A stretch of 64,000 nt of DNA from positions 1,568,001 through 1,632,000 of the forward strand of contig CBDCFN010000016.1 in NCBI GenBank assembly GCA_965216315.1. The letters are read 5' to 3'. Below the pieces are notes generated by a model that was not told where the DNA came from, made no database searches, and worked only from the letters and a program-made list of their open reading frames with translations. The position numbers and the translations under genes are program-made. Positions 31,277-41,840 of this stretch are shown piece after piece. This DNA is from a bacterium. Lineage in GTDB: Bacteria; UBA10199; 2-02-FULL-50-16; JAJFLM01. How positions within the stretch are numbered: the stretch's first letter is position 1; every line of letters begins with the position of its first letter.

Positions 31277-32040
31277 CTATGCCCTTCCCACTCAACGTCC
31301 TTCGCATCCATCACCGGTCCCTCAATGCAACTGCGAACATAATTGCCCTGTTTCGTTTTGACGACGCAACCCAGGCAGACACCAATTCCGCAGCCCATAT
31401 ACTCTTCCATCGAGACCGCACAGTCATACCCCAAACGCTGTGCCAGTTGCGCCGCTGCCTGCAGGAGTCCATGCGGCCCACAAACAAAAAATAGCGTCTT
31501 GTCTCCACTCGTCAATTGTTGTTCCAACAACTCGGTCACGTAGCCCTTATAACCAGACGATCCATCCTCGGTGCTAATATGCAAAGGGATTGCCGCCGCG
31601 GCAAAATCAGCTTGCAACAAGATATCCGCTTGAGAACGGGTCCCGTAATAAACTTCATATGCGATTTTTGCAGTTTTCAAATGCTGTCCCAACCCTAGCA
31701 TCGGTGCAATCCCATAACCTCCGGCAATACCGATCACGCGCGAATAGCCACTCCAGTCGAGGCCTTTTCCCAACGGAGCCTGAATGTTCAGTTCATGTCC
31801 ACTGCGGGCAAGGGACATCGCCCGCGTCACCGGCCCCACAGCTTTGTAGACAATATGAAAGTGATTTTGACTTTCCAAGCAGAGGCTAAAAGGACGCCGC
31901 ACTAAAATTTCACTATTGCCAGGAATCTGGACCATACAAAACTGTCCGGGCGTAAAAGACTCAAAAGGTTTTTCCAGTACCATCCGAAAGTAGCCGGCAC
32001 TGAGTTCGTCATTGGAAATAATTTTACAAGCTTGAATCAT
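31273..32040 (-). CDS. pyrK: dihydroorotate dehydrogenase electron transfer subunit
   Basis: RRPFS, GGYGIAP, CGP and MGCGIGVCLGC...C motifs. Confidence 0.93.
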   Translation of the reverse strand: MIQACKIISNDELSAGYFRMVLEKPFESFTPGQFCMVQIPGNSEILVRRPFSLCLESQNHFHIVYKAVGPVTRAMSLARSGHELNIQAPLGKGLDWSGYSRVIGIAGGYGIAPMLGLGQHLKTAKIAYEVYYGTRSQADILLQADFAAAAIPLHISTEDGSSGYKGYVTELLEQQLTSGDKTLFFVCGPHGLLQAAAQLAQRLGYDCAVSMEEYMGCGIGVCLGCVVKTKQGNYVRSCIEGPVMDAKDVEWEGHR

Positions 32041-32055
32041 AAGCGTCTTCTTGCA

Positions 32056-32502
32056 CTATAATTTCAACTGCATTACCAGCGCGTCTTCCTCATTATCTTG
32101 ATAGTAGCCTTTGCGTACATCAATCTGTTCGAAGTCGTGCTTCTTGTATAACTGGATGGCGGCCTGATTCGACTCGCGTACGTCCAAAAAAATCCGTTCA
32201 ACCTGTTTTTTCCGACCGTAATCGATTAAATAAGTCATCAACGCAGTGCCTACGCCTTGTTGGCGGGCTTGCTGCCCTACGGCAATGTTGATCACATGCA
32301 TTTCACTGTCAACATGCCAAAAATCAAGATAACCCAAGACGTCGGCGCCAGACTTCGCTACCATCATATGGGCTATCTTGAGGTCTAATTCCATCTGAAA
32401 AAGATTCTCAGAAAACGGCAACGGAAAGGAGACACGTTCAATCTCGAGGACCTGAGGCAAATCCGTTCGCTGCATGGGAACAATCTTAAGTTTATCACCC
32501 AT
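32056..32502 (-). CDS. rimI: ribosomal protein S18 alanine N-acetyltransferase
   Basis: HVINIAV, LDVRESN-x-x-AI-x-LY and RKGYY...EDALVM motifs. Confidence 0.92.
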   Translation of the reverse strand: MGDKLKIVPMQRTDLPQVLEIERVSFPLPFSENLFQMELDLKIAHMMVAKSGADVLGYLDFWHVDSEMHVINIAVGQQARQQGVGTALMTYLIDYGRKKQVERIFLDVRESNQAAIQLYKKHDFEQIDVRKGYYQDNEEDALVMQLKL

Positions 32503-32540
32503 CGCTTGAGAGGAGACCCTTATCTCTCTTATTTTTAAAG

Positions 32541-33881
<1,341 letters not shown>

Positions 33882-33939
33882 TCAATATTCGGACGACAGA
33901 CCAGGAACCTGGACTTTAGGACACCGTATCTGATAATTA

Positions 33940-35061
33940 GTGAATAGAGTCACCATGAAAGAAGCCAGTAAAAAAATCGAAACACTTACGGCAGAAGAGA
34001 AATCAATCGCACGCCATGTCCTCCTGGGTGAGTCTATCGTCGATAGCCTCCATCTCACTCTCGCGAAGCGTGAGGCTGTCGATCAATTTCTCAAAACCAA
34101 TGAATTCGACTGGAACGATTCTGAAGACCGCCGTCGCCTTCAGTCGATCCACAATGAAGCGGTTAGCTATCTCGAGTCAATATTGGTTCGACGCCTTGAC
34201 AAGAGTGTCGCCAAACCCGACGACATAAGAGAGCTTTTTAGCATCGCAGCGCAGGATGAATCAAACCGGCCCTTTCAACTCGATACTTTCCCGCCTTCCG
34301 AAGATTTGCCGTTAACCAAGCAAGCCTGCCTATTGCTCAAAGTCATGAATATCATTCACCATATTAATGGTCATGAACTGTTATACAGTTGTCCCATCAG
34401 TCGCCGGCAAATTGCCCAAAAAGTGGATGACAAAATTGGACGTGAACTCTCGCGACTTAAAGCCTCGGGTTTTCCGCTCACGTCTTTTGAAGGGGGACGA
34501 AAGCCCAAAGAGAGCCTTATTACCAAACTGCTGTGCAAGCGTACGACAATCGCCTCAAGGATTAACGACCGTTTGCGCTATCAGATTATCGTACCCGAGA
34601 AAAAAGACCTGGTTAGTCTCGTCGTCGAATTATTTAGTACGGTCTTACCCTGCAACTATCTCATGCCCGGCACGACGATCAATCAACTCATCGACCCGGA
34701 CTTGGTAATGAGCTCCCAGGAATTGATTTCTCATAAGGCGAGAGACATGGCCCATTCGATTGCGCGATCTGTTTCACATTTGCTACCCCACTCTCTAGAA
34801 GAAGTCGATTTCACCGGCAGTGACTATCGCATTCTCAAATTTGTTGTCGATGTCCCCGTGAGAATCGATACCCACACCGCGGCTATTAACGACTTACACA
34901 CGACTGAACTGGGAGTGATTATTTTTTCGCTGGTTGAAATGACACTCGTTGATGAAGCCACCCATGCGGCAAACCAGCGAGGTGCCAATGCGCACGATCA
35001 ATACAAGTCGCGTCAAAAACGGGGAGCCCTACAGCGCATGCTCGGGGGCAAACTCGAATGA
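33940..35061 (+). CDS. TIGR04552-like protein with RelA/SpoT-synthetase-like nucleotidyltransferase motifs
   Basis: GRKPKESLITKLL, INDRLR, DYRILKFVVDVPVR and VE...N-x-x-G-x-NAH-x-x-YK motifs. The start is 33940 or 33955. Confidence 0.7.
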   Translation: MNRVTMKEASKKIETLTAEEKSIARHVLLGESIVDSLHLTLAKREAVDQFLKTNEFDWNDSEDRRRLQSIHNEAVSYLESILVRRLDKSVAKPDDIRELFSIAAQDESNRPFQLDTFPPSEDLPLTKQACLLLKVMNIIHHINGHELLYSCPISRRQIAQKVDDKIGRELSRLKASGFPLTSFEGGRKPKESLITKLLCKRTTIASRINDRLRYQIIVPEKKDLVSLVVELFSTVLPCNYLMPGTTINQLIDPDLVMSSQELISHKARDMAHSIARSVSHLLPHSLEEVDFTGSDYRILKFVVDVPVRIDTHTAAINDLHTTELGVIIFSLVEMTLVDEATHAANQRGANAHDQYKSRQKRGALQRMLGGKLE

Positions 35062-35552
35062 GCGGCATCCTATTTGTTATTGGGATGGCCTTTGTCGTCG
35101 GCTTTTTACTTATTTTTGCAACATCGATGTCCGGCAAGAAGCGCTTTGATGGCATTGGCAAAATAGCCGACGATCAGCCACTCGTCTATGATCGCTTTAT
35201 TCGGGTTTGTAAAACCTTAGTCGAATCACTCAAACTTGAAATCGATAATATTGAACTTTCTCAAGACGAACAAACCATCGACATTTATGCACATAGCGCA
35301 ACACCGATTACTGGCTCTTCTTTTCTGATCCATGGGGCTTTGAAGACTCCTCAAGAACCCGTCTCTGCGGCGGAACTGGTTGAACTGTCGAGTGCGATTA
35401 TCCAGGACCGCTTGTCTAAAGGAATTTTCATTACGAATTCCACCTTTACCGAGGAGCTGCCCTCAATCTCGGAACTCGCGCCGATGGAATTTATCGATGG
35501 AAAGAAATTAGAAGAACTGGCGAAGAAATATAAGATCCCGCTGACAACTTAG
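35058..35552 (+). CDS. membrane-anchored Mrr-type restriction-endonuclease-fold protein
   Basis: N-terminal TM; IDIYA, KGIFITNSTFT and EFIDG-x-x-L motifs; ATGA overlap with the upstream gene. Confidence 0.7.
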   Translation: MSGILFVIGMAFVVGFLLIFATSMSGKKRFDGIGKIADDQPLVYDRFIRVCKTLVESLKLEIDNIELSQDEQTIDIYAHSATPITGSSFLIHGALKTPQEPVSAAELVELSSAIIQDRLSKGIFITNSTFTEELPSISELAPMEFIDGKKLEELAKKYKIPLTT

Positions 35553-35719
35553 AATTGGGTCATCCGGTCGTAGATCTTGTCGCGTTCACCCTTCTTGATC
35601 AAACGATCATTGGCAATGATCTCACGAACAGCCGAAAAAACCGTCGCAATGGTAAAAAAGAACATGATGACGAGGGCGATATTGTCGGGCTTGGTCAGGT
35701 TGGCGATAAAGTGTTGCAT
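35549..35719 (-). CDS. unannotated 56-aa membrane protein (KPDNI motif)
   Basis: MQHFIANLTKPDNIALVIMFFFTIATVFSAVREIIANDRLIKKGERDKIYDRMTQF; one TM helix; TTGACA-N17-TAGTCA promoter 9 nt upstream. Confidence 0.75.
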   Translation of the reverse strand: MQHFIANLTKPDNIALVIMFFFTIATVFSAVREIIANDRLIKKGERDKIYDRMTQF

Positions 35720-35856
35720 GGAGGGCGCTGACTAACACGCGTTCGCCAAGCTGTCAAATGGAGGGGTATTGACAAAGCCCTGCTTTTCAGTGCAGAAAGA
35801 CCCCTTCGATGTTCCAAAAACTTCTAAAATTCGAGTATTTAGAACATTTAGAACAA

Positions 35857-36648
35857 ATGGATCCTATTTGGTATTCCCTCGGCCCCCTCTTTGCTTTCAA
35901 CCTGCTGCTTTTAGCGACTTTAGCCTATTTTACCCTGACCTACGCCGAGCGAAAGACGAATCAAGCCGACATCGATAACAAAGAGCACAGCCGTCTACTG
36001 AGCCGCTTCCTTAAACAGTATTGGTACTGGTTTATTTCACCGGCCGAGAAGCTCTGTCTACGCTATGGAGTCTCTCCGAATGCCCTGACGCTAATGGGTT
36101 TCTTTACCTGTTGTGCCTCCGCTTATTTCTTTCACTTAGGCATGATCGGACTCGGCGGCTGGTTCATGATCTTTGGATCGACTTTCGATATGTTTGACGG
36201 TCGAATTGCCCGCCTAACGGGCAAAGAAAGCCCCTCAGGCGCCTTCTTTGACTCCGTAATGGACCGGTTCAGCGAGGCCGTTGTTTTCCTCGGCCTGGCC
36301 AGTTTCTACCGTAATACCTGGGTCCTCTACGCCATTTTCTTGGGCCTGATCGGCTCGATGATGGTCAGTTATACGCGGGCTCGTGGCGAAGGGATTGGTG
36401 TCGATTGTAAGATTGGGATTATGCAACGACCGGAACGCATCGTGTACTTAGGCGTCGGCTCCATCTTTAGCCCCGTATTCGCCTATTTCATCTCTTTCTT
36501 CTACCCGATGCGCTACGACTTCATGACCATCGGGGCCATCGCGATTATCGCTCTCCTGACCCCGTTATCGTCAGTGAGCCGCATGCGCTACATTATCAAG
36601 AAATCTGAAGCTCAGAACGCCAACCACAGCACCCCGGCGTCCGCCTAA
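35857..36648 (+). CDS. CDP-alcohol phosphatidyltransferase
   Basis: SPNALT, DMFDGRIAR-x6-SGAFFDSVMDR, SYTRAR-x-E and GIMQRPER motifs. Confidence 0.93.
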   Translation: MDPIWYSLGPLFAFNLLLLATLAYFTLTYAERKTNQADIDNKEHSRLLSRFLKQYWYWFISPAEKLCLRYGVSPNALTLMGFFTCCASAYFFHLGMIGLGGWFMIFGSTFDMFDGRIARLTGKESPSGAFFDSVMDRFSEAVVFLGLASFYRNTWVLYAIFLGLIGSMMVSYTRARGEGIGVDCKIGIMQRPERIVYLGVGSIFSPVFAYFISFFYPMRYDFMTIGAIAIIALLTPLSSVSRMRYIIKKSEAQNANHSTPASA

Positions 36649-38660
36649 CTGGGCAGGACAACTTGGCTACGATAAGTCGGTAATCCACCGTCATCCGGCA
36701 CATCATCATCCTGAGGCAATGCAATCTCCGGCTTATGTTCCGGCACTGGCATAGCCCGGTTGCCGGCATAGACACCGTGTCGACCGTGTTTCTTATACCA
36801 CTCACCGACATCCGCATTCTTGAACATATTTTCGATGATCTGACGCCAGCCCACTCCTGTATTGTAGGCACAGAACGAGATTTCACCGATTTGAGTGGCA
36901 TAAGGAATGATACACATTTCCGTCCGGCGGAAATCATAATTGAAGAGGTCTTGGAACCACATGCCGGCGACAAACATAAAGTGCCACTTGTCACGTTTGC
37001 GCTCCTTGCCTTCACCGTAATCTCCACCACCGAGACCACCGCCCGATTGCTTATCAAACTTGCGCAGTAACTCGCGCAAGCCAAAACCTTTGGGCGCCTT
37101 GGAAGGATTATAATTGCGCAACAATGACATCGCGACTTGTGCCTTCGTCAGGGCTTCACCGCGATTGGCATCCGTAATCGTTCCCATATCATTTAATAAC
37201 TGTTCCAGATCAAGAAACTCGCTCAACGGCCACCATTCTTTGGTTTCCTTGTTGACCAACAAACCCATAATCGTTCCGCAGTTGGGATGGCAGCCACACT
37301 TCAAGGTTCCCCAATCCGCCTCAGGGCCCTTCATCATGTCCGCCAAGTCGGAAAACGGTGCCGCTGCAGAAATAGGAAACCAATCACGCAAGGGTTCACT
37401 GATTCCCGTCTGGTTTTTAACGTCGTGCGCCAAGTGAGACAACGTATAACGTTGTTTTCTGCGATCTTCATCACTAATATCTTCATCACGCCCGGTAAAA
37501 GAGACCGGCTGAAACGCACAGAAGGTAATTTTATCGGAATTCTGCACGGCAAATTCGACGATTTTACCAACCTGGTCGTTATTAATCGTATTAACAATCG
37601 TTGTAACTAAAACGACATCGATACCGGCTTTCGCCAAGTTGGTAATCGCTCGCAGTTTCACATCAAACAGATTGGATATTTTCCGATGGGCGTTACTTTC
37701 GTTGCTCACCCCATCAAATTGCAGATACGCGATGCGCATTCCCGCTTCATAGGCTTTTTCGGCATACTCAGGATCTTGCGCAAAGCGAATCCCGTTGGTC
37801 GCCGCTTGAATACTGAAATAACCGATATCCTTGCAGTACTTAACCGCCTTGAGAAAATGGGGTGACAGCGTTGGCTCTCCACCGGAGAACTGTACGGACA
37901 TCTGACGCCGCGGCTTGATCTTCAGCGAGTTATCCAAAATTTCCTGAATCTCTTCCCAGCTCAATTCGTGGACATAGCCAACCTGATTCGCATCCATGAA
38001 ACACGGATCACACATCATGTTACAACGATTGGTGAGATCGACCGTCAGGACCGAACCGCGGCCGTACTTAACCGAACTACTGCCGTGGTTCCGCAACAGT
38101 GTCTCCGGAGATTTGAAATCGCGACCCGGATAGCGCCGCTCAATATTTTCTAAGAAGTCGACATCCATGGCCATGATGTCTTCAAAGTGCCCATGTTTTG
38201 GGCAATCCTTGACCATCCAGACCTCACCGTCCCGTTCAATAATCTGCGATTTGATTTCGCCAGGATTTCCCTCAATCAGCTCCGTATAATCGCGATCACC
38301 CGCAATGATTTCTTCCCGCACTTCCTTCACACAACGAGGACATAAAGAATCGGTCTCACGCGGCCAACCCAGCGGCGGTTTGGTCTTCTCATGGCTTTTC
38401 AACAAAGGGGCCGGCGCCCATTTCGGCTGAAAAGGCTTGCCTTGTCGATATTTGTTAAAGAACTGAAAGGTCGGCCACGCGACACGAGCACTTGTACTGA
38501 TGACATGTTCGATCGCCCGCTGAAATATTCCCGGCTCCGGATAGGCCAACCAGCCCCCTTCAGGGGTCATGCTCGAAGGAACTGCCTCAACAGGAGCTCC
38601 CTGTTGCGTCTTCAGCACCTCTGCTTGCATCTTTTCGAGTTCTTTGCGGGCTACAGCCAT
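36645..38660 (-). CDS. radical SAM protein, tetraether lipid synthase (Tes/MJ0619) homolog
   Basis: TDSLCPRC...KDCPKHG metal site, DLTNRCNMMCDPCF, QFSGGEPT, YLQFDG, FQPVSFTGR, HPNCG and ISFCAYN motifs. Confidence 0.85.
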   Translation of the reverse strand: MAVARKELEKMQAEVLKTQQGAPVEAVPSSMTPEGGWLAYPEPGIFQRAIEHVISTSARVAWPTFQFFNKYRQGKPFQPKWAPAPLLKSHEKTKPPLGWPRETDSLCPRCVKEVREEIIAGDRDYTELIEGNPGEIKSQIIERDGEVWMVKDCPKHGHFEDIMAMDVDFLENIERRYPGRDFKSPETLLRNHGSSSVKYGRGSVLTVDLTNRCNMMCDPCFMDANQVGYVHELSWEEIQEILDNSLKIKPRRQMSVQFSGGEPTLSPHFLKAVKYCKDIGYFSIQAATNGIRFAQDPEYAEKAYEAGMRIAYLQFDGVSNESNAHRKISNLFDVKLRAITNLAKAGIDVVLVTTIVNTINNDQVGKIVEFAVQNSDKITFCAFQPVSFTGRDEDISDEDRRKQRYTLSHLAHDVKNQTGISEPLRDWFPISAAAPFSDLADMMKGPEADWGTLKCGCHPNCGTIMGLLVNKETKEWWPLSEFLDLEQLLNDMGTITDANRGEALTKAQVAMSLLRNYNPSKAPKGFGLRELLRKFDKQSGGGLGGGDYGEGKERKRDKWHFMFVAGMWFQDLFNYDFRRTEMCIIPYATQIGEISFCAYNTGVGWRQIIENMFKNADVGEWYKKHGRHGVYAGNRAMPVPEHKPEIALPQDDDVPDDGGLPTYRSQVVLPS

Positions 38661-38833
38661 GGATTGCCTCCTGGTTGACTCGTTACGTTTTCAATGTTCA
38701 GAATCTTCTAAATAGCTAATATCATTGAGGAAAATTTGAGTGGGTGTACCAACGCCCACCCGCGCTGTCAATGTTTATTTCACGACGGATCCCTTGCTTA
38801 AGTCAGAGGGGAAGATTAGAGTCAGGGCTGGCT

Positions 38834-39193
38834 ATGAGCGCCCTGATTGAATTAAAAAAAAATAAGGTCTTTTCGCTCCTCGAAGCACAGGACCTGCTCC
38901 CCTTGATCAGAAGGATTACCGGAGATGCCGTCGAGCAAGTCACGCTCCTCGAAAACCAAGTCCATCAATTAGCCACCCATTCGGAGGAACGAAGCCAATT
39001 GGAAGGAAAACTTAATGGCATTGTCCGCCGCTGGGCTGACAAAGTCAGCAAATTGGGAGCGGTCCCCAAGGGTTTTTGGCTCGTCGACTTTGATAACGGG
39101 GAGGGATATTATTGTTGGAAATATGGGGAAGAAGACGTTAAGTTTTTCCACGAATACTCAACGGGTTTTAGCGGACGCACGAGAATCAACTAG
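38834..39193 (+). CDS. DUF2203-like protein
   Basis: FSL-x-EA-x-x-LLP, LVDF, YYCWKYGE and FHEY-x-x-GFSGR motifs. Confidence 0.8.
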   Translation: MSALIELKKNKVFSLLEAQDLLPLIRRITGDAVEQVTLLENQVHQLATHSEERSQLEGKLNGIVRRWADKVSKLGAVPKGFWLVDFDNGEGYYCWKYGEEDVKFFHEYSTGFSGRTRIN

Positions 39194-39881
39194 TTAAGCT
39201 CTCCAAGCGCGGCAATAGTGACACATTAATATCGTTAATCCCTTTCAGAATCATATCCGCCGCTTTCATTTCTTTTTTAGAATAACTCGTGGTCACTCCG
39301 ACGCACGGCATTTTGGCCCGATGTGCCGCCGTTACTCCCCAGTGAGAATCTTCAATGACAAGACACTCACTGGCACGTAGTGGCCAATCAGGTGAAAATA
39401 TATTTTGATTGAGCCAATTCAATGCGCGCAAAAACCCGTCCGGATAAGGCTTGCCCCGCTTCACGTCTTCCGCGCTGACGATAAAACTAAAATAATCTTT
39501 GAGGTCGGCCCGCCTTAATGGAGCCACGATTTCTTGCCGCAAGGCTCCTGACACAACGGTAATCGGGTAGCGTCTCGACAACATTTTAATCACACGGCCG
39601 GCCCCCGGCATGAGAACGTTATTCTTTCTTAACCAATGCTGAAGCACGCGGGCCTTATGTTTCATCAGCTGAGAGAGTAATTTATTGGTCAAACGACTGC
39701 GCTGGTCCTGAAAATACCGTTTAAAAAAGGCAATGTCGTCATAGCCTAAATAACGTGCATAATAGGTTTTTTTGCTGAGAGTATGGCCGACATCGCGAAG
39801 AACCGTTTGAAACCCCATGAAATGGGCCGGCTCCGTGTCCGCAATGACCCCGTCAAAGTCAAATAAAATGGCTCGCAACAT
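39186..39881 (-). CDS. HAD-IA family phosphatase
   Basis: FDFDGVIADTE, GKPYPDGF and IEDS-x-x-G motifs. Confidence 0.9.
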   Translation of the reverse strand: MLRAILFDFDGVIADTEPAHFMGFQTVLRDVGHTLSKKTYYARYLGYDDIAFFKRYFQDQRSRLTNKLLSQLMKHKARVLQHWLRKNNVLMPGAGRVIKMLSRRYPITVVSGALRQEIVAPLRRADLKDYFSFIVSAEDVKRGKPYPDGFLRALNWLNQNIFSPDWPLRASECLVIEDSHWGVTAAHRAKMPCVGVTTSYSKKEMKAADMILKGINDINVSLLPRLESLTS

Positions 39882-40354
39882 CAGGAGTAGCTGATCCCTA
39901 AAATTTCGAATTCTCGTGGACCGCCGGGCGTTTGGACAGTCACGGCATCGCCCTCTTCCTTCCCTATCAAAGAACGCGCTATCGGAGAATCGACCGAAAT
40001 CTTCCCCTTGCTCACATCGGCTTCTACGGCACCAACGATCTGATAAGTTTTTTCCTCTTCGCTTTCTTCGTCCATCAAGCGCACGGTCGCACCAAACACA
40101 ACTTTGTCGTGATCTAAAGTTGATGGGTCAATCACCTGTGCCTCGGCGATATTATGTTCAACCTCGGCCATCTGAGCCGCGATCATCGCCTGTCTCTCCT
40201 TAGCGGCATGATACTCGGCATTCTCCGATAAATCGCCATGTGAACGTGCAACCTCTATATCTTTGATATTTTGGGGCCGCTCCACCGATTTGAGCTGCTT
40301 TAAGCGCTCCGTTAAAGCCTTATATCCCTCCGGTGTCATTGGAACCTTCGCCAT
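39881..40354 (-). CDS. greA: transcription elongation factor GreA
   Basis: HGDLSENAEYHAAKE and ISVDSPIARSLIGK motifs. Confidence 0.97.
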   Translation of the reverse strand: MAKVPMTPEGYKALTERLKQLKSVERPQNIKDIEVARSHGDLSENAEYHAAKERQAMIAAQMAEVEHNIAEAQVIDPSTLDHDKVVFGATVRLMDEESEEEKTYQIVGAVEADVSKGKISVDSPIARSLIGKEEGDAVTVQTPGGPREFEILGISYS

Positions 40355-40371
40355 AAATTACTCCTGAAATG

Positions 40372-40923
40372 TTAAGTCGATCTATTCCACGGAACGTCTG
40401 GTTGGCCCGATCGTTTATTCAGTAGTCGCGCCATCACAAAAACACAGTCCGATAGTCGATTGAGGTATTGTACAATAGCGGCGGATATATCAACATCCTG
40501 CATGAGCGCAACCACATCGCGTTCCGCTCGCCGCACCACTGTTCTCAGAATATGTGCCCGAGCCGCACCCTCCGAACCACCCGGCAAAATGAATCCTGTC
40601 AGCGCTTCCAGCTCCGCCTCCCAGGCATCAATAGCCTCCTCAAGCTCTTTGACATCTGGTTCATCAACAATCTGCGTACGTCCTTCAAGCCGTTGTCGCT
40701 CCGGAGTCGCTAATTCGGCACCTATATTAAAAAGGACATGCTGCGTCCGCTCCAACAGATCATCGATATCTTGATCCAAACCCAAGACACGTACCCAGCC
40801 GACATAAGCGTTGAGCTCGTCAACCGTTCCATAGGCCTTCAAGCGCGCATGGGCCTTAGAGACCCGTTCCCCGCCAAAGAGACCTGTTTCACCGCTATCC
40901 CCGGTCTTGGTATAGACTTTCAT
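40372..40923 (-). CDS. ATP:cob(I)alamin adenosyltransferase (PduO type)
   Basis: KVYTKTGD-x-G-x-T, GTVDELN, RRAER and YLNRLSD motifs. Confidence 0.93.
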   Translation of the reverse strand: MKVYTKTGDSGETGLFGGERVSKAHARLKAYGTVDELNAYVGWVRVLGLDQDIDDLLERTQHVLFNIGAELATPERQRLEGRTQIVDEPDVKELEEAIDAWEAELEALTGFILPGGSEGAARAHILRTVVRRAERDVVALMQDVDISAAIVQYLNRLSDCVFVMARLLNKRSGQPDVPWNRST

Positions 40924-40949
40924 AAGGCCACATTATATAGCATCTTCAC

Positions 40950-41840
40950 ATGCGTCAATCCATAGAGATCCCGACTTCATTGCCATTTTCGCAACGCTAT
41001 TGCCGTAAGGTCTGCCAAGAGAGTGACTCCAATTTCGTCAAAACATTTCGCTTTTTACCGAAACATCGCCGCCTCGGCTTTGAGGCCTTTTATGCTTTTT
41101 GTCGCCTCGTCGACGATGCCGTCGATGAAGCCCCCTCCCTTGAAGTGGCCGCAACCGAACTCGAACTTTGGACACGCGAGGTCAACGCAATTTATCAGGG
41201 CGACCCTCAAACCCCAGTCGGACGCGCCCTCGCCCCCGTCATCAAACGTTTTGATATCCCACGCCAATACGTCGATGACCTTGTCGATGGGTGTCGAATG
41301 GACCTGACAAAACATAAATATGAATCTTTTGAGGAACTCAAAGAATATTGTTACCGGGTCGCTTCGTGCGTCGGACTGGTTTGTCTTCATTTGTTTGAAG
41401 CGGATCTTTCTGAAAAAACTCAAACCGCTGCTATCTCATTAGGGTATGCCGTGCAGCTTACGAATATCTTGCGTGATGTCGCTGCAGATCTCCGGCAAGA
41501 TAGACTCTATTTGCCTATGGAAGATCTACGTCAATACCAGTTAACGCCCGAGGACTTACACCAAGTCAATGGGTCTCGCGATCGACTTATCAATCTTATT
41601 GAATTTGAAATTGGAAGAGCACGCGACTTCTATCAAAAAGCATGGTCCGGATTTCCAACCACAAAAAAACAAAATCGGCCCCTATTGACCGCCCACATGA
41701 TGGGTAAAATTTACGAAAACATATTAGATAAGATTGAGAGGCACCCACTACGAATTTTTCGGGAAAAAGTGGGGCTCTCGACCTGGCATAAACTGCGCAT
41801 CAGTATTGGCCTCGCGGCGCGCTTTTATAACCCACTATGA
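40950..41840 (+). CDS. squalene/phytoene synthase family protein, HpnD/CrtB-like
   Basis: YAFCRLVDDAVD, YCYRVASCVG, QLTNILRDV-x-x-D and RLYLP motifs. Confidence 0.88.
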   Translation: MRQSIEIPTSLPFSQRYCRKVCQESDSNFVKTFRFLPKHRRLGFEAFYAFCRLVDDAVDEAPSLEVAATELELWTREVNAIYQGDPQTPVGRALAPVIKRFDIPRQYVDDLVDGCRMDLTKHKYESFEELKEYCYRVASCVGLVCLHLFEADLSEKTQTAAISLGYAVQLTNILRDVAADLRQDRLYLPMEDLRQYQLTPEDLHQVNGSRDRLINLIEFEIGRARDFYQKAWSGFPTTKKQNRPLLTAHMMGKIYENILDKIERHPLRIFREKVGLSTWHKLRISIGLAARFYNPL

